From Ignavibacteriota bacterium (lineage in GTDB: Bacteria > Bacteroidota > Ignavibacteria > Palsa-1295), in contig CAWBEI010000002.1 of NCBI GenBank assembly GCA_963787835.1, forward strand, positions 416,001 through 480,000: 64,000 bases of DNA, read 5' to 3'. Shown here piece by piece: positions 1 to 9,665 of this stretch (positions are counted from its first letter, which is position 1; every line of letters begins with the position of its first letter). The notes under the pieces are model-generated. The model saw nothing but the letters and a program-made list of their open reading frames with translations. It was not told the origin of the DNA and did not search any database. Position numbers and translations under genes: made by a program.

Positions 1-198
1 ATTTATTCGGATGTAGTATTCCATCTATTTACCCTGGTTCGTGAACATTTGACCTCTGAATGGGGAGAAGGTGGGTCATTAGGTCTCGAACGAGGATTTC
101 TACTGTAGTCACTGCTTCCCCTTCTAAACCTACGCCGAAGACGGCAACGGGCGGAAAGAGAACATCACGGACTGGGCGCTTGGGGAGTTTAAAAGGCT

Positions 199-306
199 TG
201 TAGCGCCGGCGTCCTCGCCCTCGAATTTTGTAGCGCCGGCGTCCTCGCCGGTCCCCCTCCCCGGCGATAAACGCAAAAGGGGACAGGCGAGGACGCCTGC
301 GCTACA
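199..306. repeat. GTAG-type REP-like palindromes (two direct copies and one inverted), inside the coding frame
   Basis: TGTAGCGCCGGCGTCCTCGCC at 199 and 229; inverted copy GGGGACAGGCGAGGACGCCTGCGCTACA at 279-306. Confidence 0.9.
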
Positions 307-576
307 GGGGAAGGAAATAACGAAATGGGATATTTTCTACTACGTGTATGGCTTGCTTCACCATCCGGAATACCGTACGAAATATGCGGCAAACCTGCGG
401 CGGGAACTTCCACGCATTCCGATCTCTCCGGATTTCTGGGCTATTTCCGAATGCGGCCATCAGCTTGCCGATCTGCATGTGAACTACGAGCAAGCGCCGG
501 AATATCCACTCGGAGAGAAATGGAGTCCAGATAGTGGGTTGAATTTCAGAGTGGAGAAGATGAAATTGCGAAAACC

Positions 577-655
577 TGTAGCGCAGGCGTCCTCGCCTGT
601 CCCCGTTCCCGGTTCGAAAAAACAAAAGGGGACCGGCGAGGACGCCGGCGCTACA
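577..655. repeat. GTAG-type REP doublet (REPIN-like hairpin), inside the coding frame
   Basis: TGTAGCGCAGGCGTCCTCGCCTGTCCCC at 577-604 and inverted GGGGACCGGCGAGGACGCCGGCGCTACA at 628-655. Confidence 0.9.
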
Positions 656-1003
656 AGCTCATTCGATTTAATTTATAATAAAGACCTCACGCTTACCGGC
701 ATTCCGCCGGAAGCCTTCGACTACCGTCTCGGCAACCGCTCGGCAATAGACTGGATCATCGACCAATACCAGGTCTCGACCGACAAACGCTCTGGCATCG
801 TGAACGACCCGAACCGCGAGGACGACCCGCAATATATCATCCGGCTTATCCGGCAGGTGGTAACCGTCAGTTTGGAAACGGTAAGGATCGTTGGGGAGAT
901 TGCGAAGACGGCGTTGCAGCCGTGACTTTTAAGTCACGGCGAATTGTTTAGTATGTTGTTGCCTCGAACAAGGTAATCAATTATGGTATCGTAGCGATGG
1001 GGT

Positions 1004-1030
1004 CTGGATTCCCGCTTTCGCGGGAATGAC
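1004..1030. repeat. dRS3-like/REP palindrome
   Basis: CTGGATTCCCGCTTTCGCGGGAATGAC fits ATTCCC-N8-GGGAAT. Confidence 0.6.
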
Positions 1031-1090
1031 AATACACTATCTCCAAAATCCTTAAAATTTCAGAAATCATGGTTCGGATGATTTTATGTA

Positions 1091-1295
1091 GTATATTAGT
1101 AGTGCGGTGATAGGCACCCATCGGGGAAATTATGAAGTATGAATTATGAAGTATGAAGAAATAGCATTAGATTTCGATATGAACGAGTTCTCTGTGAAGG
1201 GACTTTTATGAATACTTGTTGAAACAGATGGCGAATCTGACATGGAATCAAGGGTGGTCGGGAACTCAGCAAGAAAAAGAAATGGCACCTATTTC
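1091..1295 (+). repeat. Dispersed ~200-bp element, copy A
   Basis: Shares ordered motifs GTATATT-N12-ATAGGCACC, TATGAACGAGTTCT, CTTGTTG, ATGGCGAA, CGGGAACTCA and AATGGCACCTATTTC with 10541-10732(-) and 45137-45330(-). Confidence 0.85.
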
Positions 1296-1318
1296 TTATG
1301 GAATATTAAATTGACAGA

Positions 1319-1990
1319 ATGGCAGTTTTAGAAGCGAATAAATTATCCAAGCGGTTTGCGGTGCGGGGTCGGGTGGATGTCGAAGTATTTCGGGATCTGA
1401 CGTTTACGCTTAACGCGGGGGAGATCGTGGCACTCATCGGGCCATCGGGCGCCGGTAAGAGTACGCTGCTGCATTTGCTCGGTACTTTGGATAAACCGAG
1501 TGGCGGCGATGTGACGATCGAAGGGCAGAACGTCGCGAAGATGGAAGATAAAGCGCTCAGCGCATTTCGAAACGAGCGTATCGGGTTTATCTTTCAATTC
1601 CATCATTTACTGCCGGAATTCACCGCGCTGGAAAATGTTGCGATGCCGGCGATGATCGCCGGCAAGCCATTCGATGAAGTTCGCGATAGGGCTGCGGAAT
1701 TGCTGGGCAATGCCGGGTTAAAGGACCGGGTCGATCACCGGCCCTCGATGCTTTCCGGCGGTGAATCGCAGCGCGTTGCCGTAGCCCGGGCATTTATGAT
1801 GAAACCTGCGATCATCCTTGCCGATGAGCCAACCGGAAACCTCGATGCCCGTAACAGCGATATTCTGTTCAACCTCATTATGGATCTTTCGCGGGAGCAC
1901 CGGCAGACATTCCTTATCGCTACGCATAACCTGGACTTAGCCGCTCAGGCGGACCGGACGATGCACATGGAAAATGGTGAATTGAAATAA
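1319..1990 (+). CDS. lolD: Lipoprotein-releasing ABC transporter ATP-binding subunit
   Basis: Walker A GPSGAGKS, GFIFQFHHLLPEFTALENV, LSGGESQR, ADEPTGNLD. Confidence 0.85.
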   Translation: MAVLEANKLSKRFAVRGRVDVEVFRDLTFTLNAGEIVALIGPSGAGKSTLLHLLGTLDKPSGGDVTIEGQNVAKMEDKALSAFRNERIGFIFQFHHLLPEFTALENVAMPAMIAGKPFDEVRDRAAELLGNAGLKDRVDHRPSMLSGGESQRVAVARAFMMKPAIILADEPTGNLDARNSDILFNLIMDLSREHRQTFLIATHNLDLAAQADRTMHMENGELK

Positions 1991-2086
1991 AGGAACCGCT
2001 TGCAACTTTTTATTTTTTAGTTATAACAATTTCGTAATTTAGCCAAACAGATACTACATTAGCACTTTCTACAGTTCAACCATCTC

Positions 2087-2614
2087 ATGAAAATTACCGT
2101 CGCGATCCTCCTTCTATCCGCCTTTGTTTTTGCGTCATGCAATTCGAGCACAAGCACCAGCACTACCACGCCGACTGGTGGCAGCGGTGTGCCCTCTTCT
2201 TCCAACACCATGATCGTCACCTTCAACGGTACAACGGATACTCTGGTGGCTACGGCGGTCGATACCACTATTTCAGGTGTTAAGAATATTATCGTTGCAG
2301 GAGCAGGGACAGCCGGAATAGCCGTCGGCTTCACGCTTACAAATATAACGGCGACCGGTTCCTATAGCGTCGGGCCAATAAGCTTAAATGGTATCAGCCC
2401 TTATTTTGCAACGATGGATTGCGTAGATAAGTCAGGTAATACCTATCTTTCCCCAACGCCGGGAGCTGGGGTTGCCTCGGTTGGTACGATCACGATCACC
2501 TCCATTACGGACACCACGATTCAAGCAACCTTCAATGCATCGCCGCTGACACTTCGGAATGGAACCACAACGGTTTCGCTCACGAACGGCGGAGTATATG
2601 CAAAATTCTATTGA
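2087..2614 (+). CDS. Hypothetical Thr/Ser-rich lipoprotein
   Basis: Signal peptide with lipobox FASC; beta-rich body. Confidence 0.75.
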   Translation: MKITVAILLLSAFVFASCNSSTSTSTTTPTGGSGVPSSSNTMIVTFNGTTDTLVATAVDTTISGVKNIIVAGAGTAGIAVGFTLTNITATGSYSVGPISLNGISPYFATMDCVDKSGNTYLSPTPGAGVASVGTITITSITDTTIQATFNASPLTLRNGTTTVSLTNGGVYAKFY

Positions 2615-2704
2615 GAAAATTGTAAACGTGCGGGATTGGGAAGCATGGAACGAGATGAATCCATGCAAAGTTAACTCAAACCTCACGTTTCCGAAGAGAT
2701 AATT

Positions 2705-3091
2705 ATGGCAAATCAGACTGCAACCCCCGTTCGACCAGCACGCCCCACGCCGCGCCAAACCCCAGGCCGCGCCACATCCAGCCGCCCAGCCCCTGGCCGA
2801 GCACGAGGGAAAAGCACGGATAATACTCCGGTTCGGCAATTTCAAATGCCGTTCGATGCAAAGAACATGCGCATCATCGCCCTTGGCATTGCAGTGATCG
2901 TGATCGGGTACATCGTGATGTATGTCAGCCCTGTGATGAGCGATATGGCACTGACGGTCAGCCCGATCCTGTTACTGCTCGGTTATTGCGTGATCGTGCC
3001 GATGGGAATTATGGCAGGAATGCGAAAAAAGAAATCTTCGGTTCCCGAACTGTCCGAGCCGACGACCAACAGGGCGGCGTCTCTAAATTAA
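2705..3091 (+). CDS. Small two-TM membrane protein (DUF3098-like)
   Basis: PFDAKNMRIIALGIAVIVIGYIVM...LTVSPILLLLGY pattern after a disordered N-terminus. Confidence 0.65.
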   Translation: MANQTATPVRPARPTPRQTPGRATSSRPAPGRARGKSTDNTPVRQFQMPFDAKNMRIIALGIAVIVIGYIVMYVSPVMSDMALTVSPILLLLGYCVIVPMGIMAGMRKKKSSVPELSEPTTNRAASLN

Positions 3092-3613
3092 TCAGGAAGA
3101 AGTTCCGTAGGTTTCGAGGAGTCTGACTCGAAGCTCGTTCTTTGAAATATCGATCTTCCGGACTTCTTCGCCGGCATTAGTGACGAGGTGCTCAGTGCCA
3201 TTCAGATCGAGCACGAAAACGTCACCGGCCGGCATATCGAGCACATTTTTTACGAGGCCGATCGTTAAGCCAGTCTCATCATCTACGACGGTCATTCCGA
3301 TGATTTCATCGTAGTAGGCTCGGCCGTTAGGAAGTTTCGGGCGTTCACTTTCGGGGATCAGTATTTCTGCATTGCGCAGGAACTCAGCAGCATCACGATC
3401 ATCGACCCCTTCGATTTTTAGAAGAATTCCAGTGGGGAGAAGTCGAACAGAACTAACGGATCGCTCTAACATTTCACCAGAAGACATCCGAAGCAGAACA
3501 CGCTTCAGCTTTTGAAATCGGCGGTCATCATGGGAAAAACTTTGAATTGATACTTCGCCGCGAATGCCATGTGGCTTTCCGATGCGAGCTATAAGGACAA
3601 GATCTTCGTTCAC
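3092..3613 (-). CDS. rimM: 16S rRNA processing protein RimM
   Basis: IARIGKPHGIRGEV, GVDDRDAAEFLRN, YYDEIIGMTV. Confidence 0.95.
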   Translation of the reverse strand: MNEDLVLIARIGKPHGIRGEVSIQSFSHDDRRFQKLKRVLLRMSSGEMLERSVSSVRLLPTGILLKIEGVDDRDAAEFLRNAEILIPESERPKLPNGRAYYDEIIGMTVVDDETGLTIGLVKNVLDMPAGDVFVLDLNGTEHLVTNAGEEVRKIDISKNELRVRLLETYGTSS

Positions 3614-5268
3614 ACTTCTGCTAAATATTGGTGAACAAAACTAACGGCCATCGCACCTTCGCCGACAGCGCTGGCAACACGATTCATCGCGCCTGCGCGG
3701 ACATCACCAGCAGCGAAAATTCCCGGACTGCACGTTTCGAGCAGATAGGGATCGCGTCGGAGTGGCCACCCCGATCTGAAATTCTCTCGACCGATCAGAT
3801 CGCGTCCGGTAACGATGAAGCCTCGATCGTCTTTCAAAATATCGGCATGGATCCAATCGGTATAAGGTCGAGCACCGATAAGAATAAAAAGTGCATCGGC
3901 AGAGACTGAGCGTTGTTCTCCATTGACAGTTTGCAGCACTAACGATTCCAAATGTTCGGAGCCACATGCCTCTATAACTTCTGTTTCAGGCAGGATGGTT
4001 ACGTTTAGTGTTTTCGCAATTTGATCGACAAGATAGGAAGACATCGTTCCAGACAAATCCTTTTTACGGATGACAATATACACGTGCTCTGCGAATTTGG
4101 CGAGATGAAGCGCCGCTTGTCCAGCAGAATTTCCACCGCCAATGACATAAACCTGTTTGCCGCGCGTCTGCAACGCCTCTACGGATGCGGCTCCATAGTA
4201 GATGCCGGCTCCCGTCAACTCTGCAATACCCTTCGTTTCAAGTTGCCGGTAAGCAACCCCTGTCGTGATGATGATACTTCGAGCATGAACTTCGCTACCG
4301 TTCGCCAAACGAACGGTTTTATAGGATTCATCGGATGAAATATTCAGTGCTTCCTGTGGCGAAAGGAATTCAATTCCAAAACGAGTTGCTTGCGTAACGG
4401 CTCGTCGTGTCAACTCTGCACCGCTTACCCCGCTTGGAAACCCGAGATAGTTTTCAATACGGGAACTTGTACCAGCCTGACCTCCGGGCGCATGCTTCTC
4501 CACCAATAGGGTCTTGAGTCCTTCTGAACCGGCATAGACTGCCGCAGCAAGTCCAGCCGGACCAGCGCCGATGATGATGACATCATACATCGTCGAACTT
4601 GCCGTCGGACGAAGCCCAAGTTTTTCGGCAACAGAATGAATTTCTGTATCGACAGCAAGCGTACCATCATCGAAGATCAGAACTGGCAGCGAGGAGTGAG
4701 TGATCGCATTGAGGGCCATCACTTCCGCAGCTTTCGGATGACTTTCAACATCGATCCACTGATAGGGAATTTGATGACCGGAGAGGAATTCCTTGATCGC
4801 GTGCGATTTCGGAGAGAACTGATAGCCAAGAAGCCGAATGCCTGCAAGCTCCGGTTTGTAACTCGAAAGCCATTCATCGAGCATATCATCGATCACGGGA
4901 AATAGTTTTTCTTCCGGTGGATCCCACGGCTTGATCAGATAATAATCCAGATCCGTCTCGTTGATCGCACGAATCGCAGTATCCATGTCGGAATACGCCG
5001 TAAGCAACATTCGCTTGGCTTCTGGATAAAACTCTTTTGACTTTTCGAGAAGCTCGACTCCCGTTATACGTGGCATCCTCTGATCCGAAATAAAGAGCGC
5101 GACTTCTTCACCAGTACGCTTCAAGTCCCTCAAACTTTCAATCGCCTCCTGCGGGTTTTCCGTGCTGAGGATCTGATATTCCTTTTTGTACTTTTGACGA
5201 ACGTCCCTCGAAAGTGCTCGCAAGACTTGTGGGTCGTCATCAATAAGAAGGATGATCGGGAGTTTCAT
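3610..5268 (-). CDS. Response-regulator receiver domain fused to a thioredoxin-reductase-like FAD oxidoreductase
   Basis: N-terminal LLIDDD...SDQRMP...LLTAY...KPW; GAGPAG, SSRIENYLGFP, GGGNSAGQAA, GIFAAGDVR; CxxC position reads YYGAASVEA. Confidence 0.9.
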   Translation of the reverse strand: MKLPIILLIDDDPQVLRALSRDVRQKYKKEYQILSTENPQEAIESLRDLKRTGEEVALFISDQRMPRITGVELLEKSKEFYPEAKRMLLTAYSDMDTAIRAINETDLDYYLIKPWDPPEEKLFPVIDDMLDEWLSSYKPELAGIRLLGYQFSPKSHAIKEFLSGHQIPYQWIDVESHPKAAEVMALNAITHSSLPVLIFDDGTLAVDTEIHSVAEKLGLRPTASSTMYDVIIIGAGPAGLAAAVYAGSEGLKTLLVEKHAPGGQAGTSSRIENYLGFPSGVSGAELTRRAVTQATRFGIEFLSPQEALNISSDESYKTVRLANGSEVHARSIIITTGVAYRQLETKGIAELTGAGIYYGAASVEALQTRGKQVYVIGGGNSAGQAALHLAKFAEHVYIVIRKKDLSGTMSSYLVDQIAKTLNVTILPETEVIEACGSEHLESLVLQTVNGEQRSVSADALFILIGARPYTDWIHADILKDDRGFIVTGRDLIGRENFRSGWPLRRDPYLLETCSPGIFAAGDVRAGAMNRVASAVGEGAMAVSFVHQYLAEV

Positions 5269-6656
5269 GTCGATGTCTTTGGAAATGAAATCCGGAACTC
5301 AGTTCGTCCTGGTCGAGAATTCACCTCAATCTTTCCATGATGCGATTGCACTACTTTTCGCACCAGATCGAGACCAACACCAGTGCCCTCACCAACATCT
5401 TTGGTAGTAAAGAATGGATCGAAAATGCGTTCGAGATTTTCGGGAGCTATTCCCGAACCATTGTCAATAACGGTGAAGACTACTTGATTTTGAGCGGTGG
5501 TTGTCTTGACGATCAGTTCACCGCCATCTTTCATCGCATCGAGCGCGTTATCGATCAAGTTTGTCCAGACCTGATTCAACTCGCCGGAAAATCCGAGGAT
5601 TAGTGGCAGATCGTTTTCGAGATCGACATTTATTGCAATGCCTTTGCGCCGAGCCTTATATTCGAGCATCGTGATCGTGTTCCGAATTCCATCATTGATG
5701 CAGACTGAGTCCATCGCCTGCGCCTGATCCATGCGCGTGTAACTTTTTATAGACTGCACTAATTCCGAAATGCGGCGTGACGACTCCGCGATCTCGTACA
5801 CAGCTTTCTCTGTCTGTAGCCGTGCCGCAAACCAATTGATGAAAGGAAGAAGGGTGTTATCGGAAATAGATCGTTTGAGGTTTCCAAGATCTTCGATCGT
5901 GATCCCCGAATCTGCAAATGTTTCCTCACAATCAGTTGCAACCTTGTTATCAGCCAGCCAATCCGATATTTCGCGTTCCTGGCGTTTGCGTTCAAGAAGC
6001 GGTAGCCGCACCGAACCATTTTTCGTAGCTTTTTCGATGATCTCTCCAAGGCTTTCAATTTCCTCCGCCATCAAATGAAGAGAACTGACGGCTCGAAGGC
6101 TCGACCCCAATGTCCCGACGATCTCTTTAAGATCCTGTGCGCTCCGAAGCACCGCAGCAGCCGGGTTATTCAATTCATGAGCCAGACCTGCCGAAAGCTT
6201 CCCAAGCGCCATCAATTTCTCATTCTGAAAGTGATTGGTGGTGAACACACGCACCCGATCGATCATCGAATGGACGATCACTTCGGTCAATTCATAATTG
6301 GCGGCGATGAGAGCATGGAACTTCGAGTGGTGCAGCGCGAGCAGTTTAGGGTTCCCCCTTGCTTGGATATAAACCGGAGTATATTTCATGCGCGAAAACG
6401 GGAGCATGCCCGTTATCGCTCCGACGCCGGTCGTCATTTGTGTTTTGCGCTGCCCGTTTTGCATCACAAACGCCTCGAGCCCGCCTTCGAGCACAACCAT
6501 GAGATAATTCATCATGTCGTTGGCTTCCCCTGGACGGGCTAACAAGCCCGGTTCATACTGAAAAATTTCCGATTCGCGAACGAGCCACTCCAGCTGCTCG
6601 CGTGGAACTGCGCTCAGGTTCGGTACGCTCTGGAGAAAATCAACGATTTCATCCAT
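5265..6656 (-). CDS. Sensor histidine kinase with an N-terminal cNMP-binding-like domain
   Basis: H-box LAHELNNP, N-box [25 protein letters not shown]; no TM helices. Confidence 0.9.
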   Translation of the reverse strand: MDEIVDFLQSVPNLSAVPREQLEWLVRESEIFQYEPGLLARPGEANDMMNYLMVVLEGGLEAFVMQNGQRKTQMTTGVGAITGMLPFSRMKYTPVYIQARGNPKLLALHHSKFHALIAANYELTEVIVHSMIDRVRVFTTNHFQNEKLMALGKLSAGLAHELNNPAAAVLRSAQDLKEIVGTLGSSLRAVSSLHLMAEEIESLGEIIEKATKNGSVRLPLLERKRQEREISDWLADNKVATDCEETFADSGITIEDLGNLKRSISDNTLLPFINWFAARLQTEKAVYEIAESSRRISELVQSIKSYTRMDQAQAMDSVCINDGIRNTITMLEYKARRKGIAINVDLENDLPLILGFSGELNQVWTNLIDNALDAMKDGGELIVKTTTAQNQVVFTVIDNGSGIAPENLERIFDPFFTTKDVGEGTGVGLDLVRKVVQSHHGKIEVNSRPGRTEFRISFPKTST

Positions 6657-6677
6657 GGCATTGGAGTAAAGAAAGGC

Positions 6678-7250
6678 TTAACCTTCGACGGCTGGCGCTT
6701 CTGCTGCAGCAACTGTTTCTTCAGAGGCTTGGGGCGCTTCGGATTGTGCCACTTCAGGGACGGAAGCCTCTTCAGCCATTGCGCTTGCTTCAGCAGCGGC
6801 AGATGCCTCAAGTGCGGCAGCTTCCGCCGCGGCTGCATCAGCAAGTTTCTTCGCTACAGCTTTGCGCTTTTCTTCTTCGCGGGCGTTGATCGCCGCTTGC
6901 TTGGCGTCAATGTGAGCGGCTAGCTTCTCATCGCGCTTCGTTTTCCATGTTGTGAAAATTTCAGATGCGCGAGCTGGCTCGATCTTTTTCTTGTCTAAGT
7001 GCCATTTCAGGAGAATACCCTCGCCGGAAAGAAGCGAGCGGACGGTATCCGACGGCTGGGCACCAACGCCAAGCCAATACAGAGCCCGATCCTCCTTGAT
7101 CTGGACTTTCTGCCCTGGCTCGTTCGATGGGCGATATTGCCCCAAGGATTCAAGGTAGCGCCCATCGCGGCGTGAGCGGCTATCGGTGGCAACAATTTTA
7201 TAAATCGGGACTTTCTTGCGTCCTTGACGTGCTAATCTCAGTTTTACCAT
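6678..7250 (-). CDS. rpsP: 30S ribosomal protein S16 with a long Ala/Glu-rich C-terminal tail
   Basis: MVKLRLARQGRKKVPIYKIVATDSRSRRDG...WLGVGAQPSDTV. Confidence 0.97.
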   Translation of the reverse strand: MVKLRLARQGRKKVPIYKIVATDSRSRRDGRYLESLGQYRPSNEPGQKVQIKEDRALYWLGVGAQPSDTVRSLLSGEGILLKWHLDKKKIEPARASEIFTTWKTKRDEKLAAHIDAKQAAINAREEEKRKAVAKKLADAAAAEAAALEASAAAEASAMAEEASVPEVAQSEAPQASEETVAAAEAPAVEG

Positions 7251-7277
7251 TGGTTCTTACAGTTAAATTGTGAACGT

Positions 7278-7389
7278 AAACGTGGCCTTCAGCTCACGGT
7301 TTGGAGGAAGTCTGCCGAGCCATTACCAAAAAGGGCTTTCGCAGAGTCTCCAATGGATGATAAGCATCGTGGGCGATGCGGCTCATCCA
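7278..7389 (-). promoter_or_regulatory. Structured 5' leader of rpsP (three adjacent hairpins)
   Basis: Stems TGGATGA/TCATCCA plus GCATCG/CGATGC (7354-7389); TTGGAG/CTCCAA plus TCTGC/GCAGA plus AGCC/GGCT (7301-7353); AAAC-GTG/CAC-GTTT (7278-7302). Confidence 0.45.
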
Positions 7390-7437
7390 AATTGCGGCGT
7401 ATAAACAATATAGGAGCGAAATGGCTCCCCGAAATCT

Positions 7438-9081
7438 TTAATCGCTTTCTCCAAGATATTTTCCGAGCGTTTGCTCCAACTTATCGCCCCTCAGATCTTC
7501 CTGTCTGGCTAAGATGGTGCCGTCAGGGCCAACGAGGATCGGGTCTGGGATGAAGGAAACCTCGAATTCCTTCGCAATGTCAGCATCCCACACTCCGGGA
7601 ATAAAGGCATTGATCCATGGCATGGGCCATTTATTTGCTCGGAATGGAGCAATATTCTTCTCGCTGGCATCCATGGAAAGTGAAACGATCTCAAAGCCTT
7701 TTCGGCCTTTGAATCGTTCGTAGGCTTTATGAATCGCCGGCATTTCGCCAACACATGGGCCGCACCACGTTGCCCAGAAATCTATCATATAATATTTGCC
7801 GAGCATGGATTTATCGCTCACCCTGTCCGTGCTTCCGAGCATTGCTACGTCGAATGCAGGTACATGCTTGCCAACCTGCGTTGGGGCATCGGGATCGTAT
7901 TCGTTCAGGGCATACTTAATTTCAGGAACATCGGAATAGTCCTTTTTTAGAAGGGTATAGATGCGTTTTCCTTCCTTTTCATCTTTGCTGCTAAATGCTT
8001 GTTGCATTTCATCAGAAAGGGTATTGGCACGAACTCCCTTTTCGGGATTCTTCTCCAATCCTTGCCGATAGGTTGCGCCGAAATTAGAATCGACAAGCCT
8101 CGTCAGTGCAATGGATTCAAACGGAGACATCGTCCAAAATGGACAGGACGCCGGTACCGTGGTTAGGATCTCCGATGCGATATCGGCTCCGGTAGATGGC
8201 ATTCTGGAATACTTATCTGCAAGCGTGACCCCGGCAAATTGAGCCGAAAGTGCATCGCCAGTCGTTCGCTCCTTCTCAAAATTCTCCTTGAGAAAATCAA
8301 GTAGCTTCTGATATTTCGGCTGGGACATCGTTACCGGACCGCCTTGTGTCGGATAGGTCAGGGATGCTTCAAACATGGCATCTGCCTTCATGGTCAGAGC
8401 AATGGCTTTTTGCAAAAAGGAATTGTTCTTCACCGTGACCGAAGGAAGGTTTTCATTCGCCGCAAAATTCAGCTTCGATGGATCGAAGGTGATGGTAACT
8501 TTCTCACCTTTCCTGGTGTGCACAACCGAGCGGTAATCGCCTCCGCCATCGTAGGTGTAATAATCTGCGGTAGTACCATTGACGCTATGTGATCCGGCAA
8601 TGCCGAGAAGCTGGTAGCTCAGGGTGTCGCCTGTTGCTTCGCGTTGGTAGGTATAAATAGTCTTGCCGTTAACGATGGTCGGGGTCATGGTATCGGATGC
8701 GGAAAAGTCGAATTTATTCCAATCCCCAATAATGACGATCTGGTCGAAGCTCTTATTGAATGGGTTTGGCTTGAGTTGCACATTCAACTCCACGTTCTTA
8801 TCACCCTCTCGCAATACAAGCGGTAAAGTTGCCTCCTCATGATTGACAGCACTTACGCGAAGCGAATACATTCCAGGTTTGGGAAGCGTAAACTCGAACG
8901 ATCCATCTTTCGCGCATGTGTAGGTCGTGCTCTTTTTGGCGTTCTCATGATAATTACCAACATGCGCCTGTGCCAGGATCGGCGTACCGCCGTTGGCATC
9001 GGTTACGGTTCCCTTAATGACCGTCTGTGCATTAGCGGATACTGCGAATAGAAAGAGAAATGCTGCTGCAAATGTTTTCAT
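7438..9081 (-). CDS. Exported TlpA/redoxin-family thiol-disulfide oxidoreductase with an N-terminal carboxypeptidase-regulatory-like domain
   Basis: Signal peptide MKTFAAAFLFLFAVSANAQ; IDFWATWCGPC; start placed at ATG 9081. Confidence 0.85.
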   Translation of the reverse strand: MKTFAAAFLFLFAVSANAQTVIKGTVTDANGGTPILAQAHVGNYHENAKKSTTYTCAKDGSFEFTLPKPGMYSLRVSAVNHEEATLPLVLREGDKNVELNVQLKPNPFNKSFDQIVIIGDWNKFDFSASDTMTPTIVNGKTIYTYQREATGDTLSYQLLGIAGSHSVNGTTADYYTYDGGGDYRSVVHTRKGEKVTITFDPSKLNFAANENLPSVTVKNNSFLQKAIALTMKADAMFEASLTYPTQGGPVTMSQPKYQKLLDFLKENFEKERTTGDALSAQFAGVTLADKYSRMPSTGADIASEILTTVPASCPFWTMSPFESIALTRLVDSNFGATYRQGLEKNPEKGVRANTLSDEMQQAFSSKDEKEGKRIYTLLKKDYSDVPEIKYALNEYDPDAPTQVGKHVPAFDVAMLGSTDRVSDKSMLGKYYMIDFWATWCGPCVGEMPAIHKAYERFKGRKGFEIVSLSMDASEKNIAPFRANKWPMPWINAFIPGVWDADIAKEFEVSFIPDPILVGPDGTILARQEDLRGDKLEQTLGKYLGESD

Positions 9082-9170
9082 AGCCGTATATTGGAAAAAT
9101 GGAGTTTGTTGAAACATCCGGTTCTGAGGAGTAGTGCTCTTCACGCAATTCCCAAATGCATTCTTAAAGA

Positions 9171-9206
9171 CTCGAAAACCCCGGCATAATTGCCGGGGTT
9201 CTCGAA
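9171..9206. terminator. Probable intrinsic terminator after rplL
   Basis: TCGAAAACCCCGGCA-TAAT-TGCCGGGGTTCTCGA hairpin. Confidence 0.65.
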
Positions 9207-9233
9207 CAAAGTCAACTTCGAATTGAACAATAA

Positions 9234-9618
9234 TTATTTCAGCTCGACCTTCGCGCCGGCGTCTTCAAGTTTCTTCTTCAACGCTTCGGCGTCCGCCTTC
9301 GGAAGTCCTTCCTTGACGGGCTTCGGTGCGCCATCTACGAGGTCCTTCGCCTCTTTCAGGCCCAGACCCGTCGCTTCACGAACGGCCTTGATGACGTTGA
9401 TCTTCGATGCGCCGCCATCGGCGAGGATTACATCGAATTCCGTCTTCTCTTCAACGGCGGCTGCGGGAGCTCCGCCGCCGGCTGCCCGGCATCATGCCCA
9501 TCATCATCGGGGCTGATGCGGTTACGCCGAACTTCTCTTCGAGTGCTTTTTTGAGGTCAGCGGCTTCGCCAAGCGTCAGCGCGCTGATCTGTTCTACGAT
9601 TGCATTAATATCTGCCAT
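9234..9618 (-). CDS. rplL: 50S ribosomal protein L7/L12, with an apparent +1 frameshift at ~9486
   Basis: [34 protein letters not shown], then in the shifted frame [10 protein letters not shown]...[28 protein letters not shown]...GAKVELK*; span 385 nt = 3n+1. Confidence 0.92.
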
Positions 9619-9665
9619 GGTTGTATTACGGTTTTAAATGGTTAAAAATGTGTTTGCTTCCTTTG

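Larger units (their letters stand above)
83..925 (+). pseudogene. C-terminal (target recognition) remnant of a type ISP restriction-modification enzyme
   Basis: The frame of ORF 344..925 extends upstream as HCFPF*TYAEDGNGRKENITDWAL...ITKWDIFYYVYGLLHHPEYR...ELPRIP...GIPPEAFDYRLGNRSAIDWIIDQY...DKRSGIVNDPN. In-frame TAA at 125-127 and TAG at 80-82; no N-terminal helicase/MTase part is visible. Confidence 0.8.

Noticed and set aside
199-655. Repeats as a CRISPR array
   Set aside because: Copies are in both orientations with irregular spacing, lie inside a CDS frame, and no cas genes are present
9480-9495. Programmed frameshift in rplL
   Set aside because: No slippery heptamer is visible and L7/L12 is needed in high amounts; a sequencing error is more likely
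9190-9637. Plus-strand ORFs 9190..9516 and 9407..9637
   Set aside because: Antisense shadows of the frameshifted rplL
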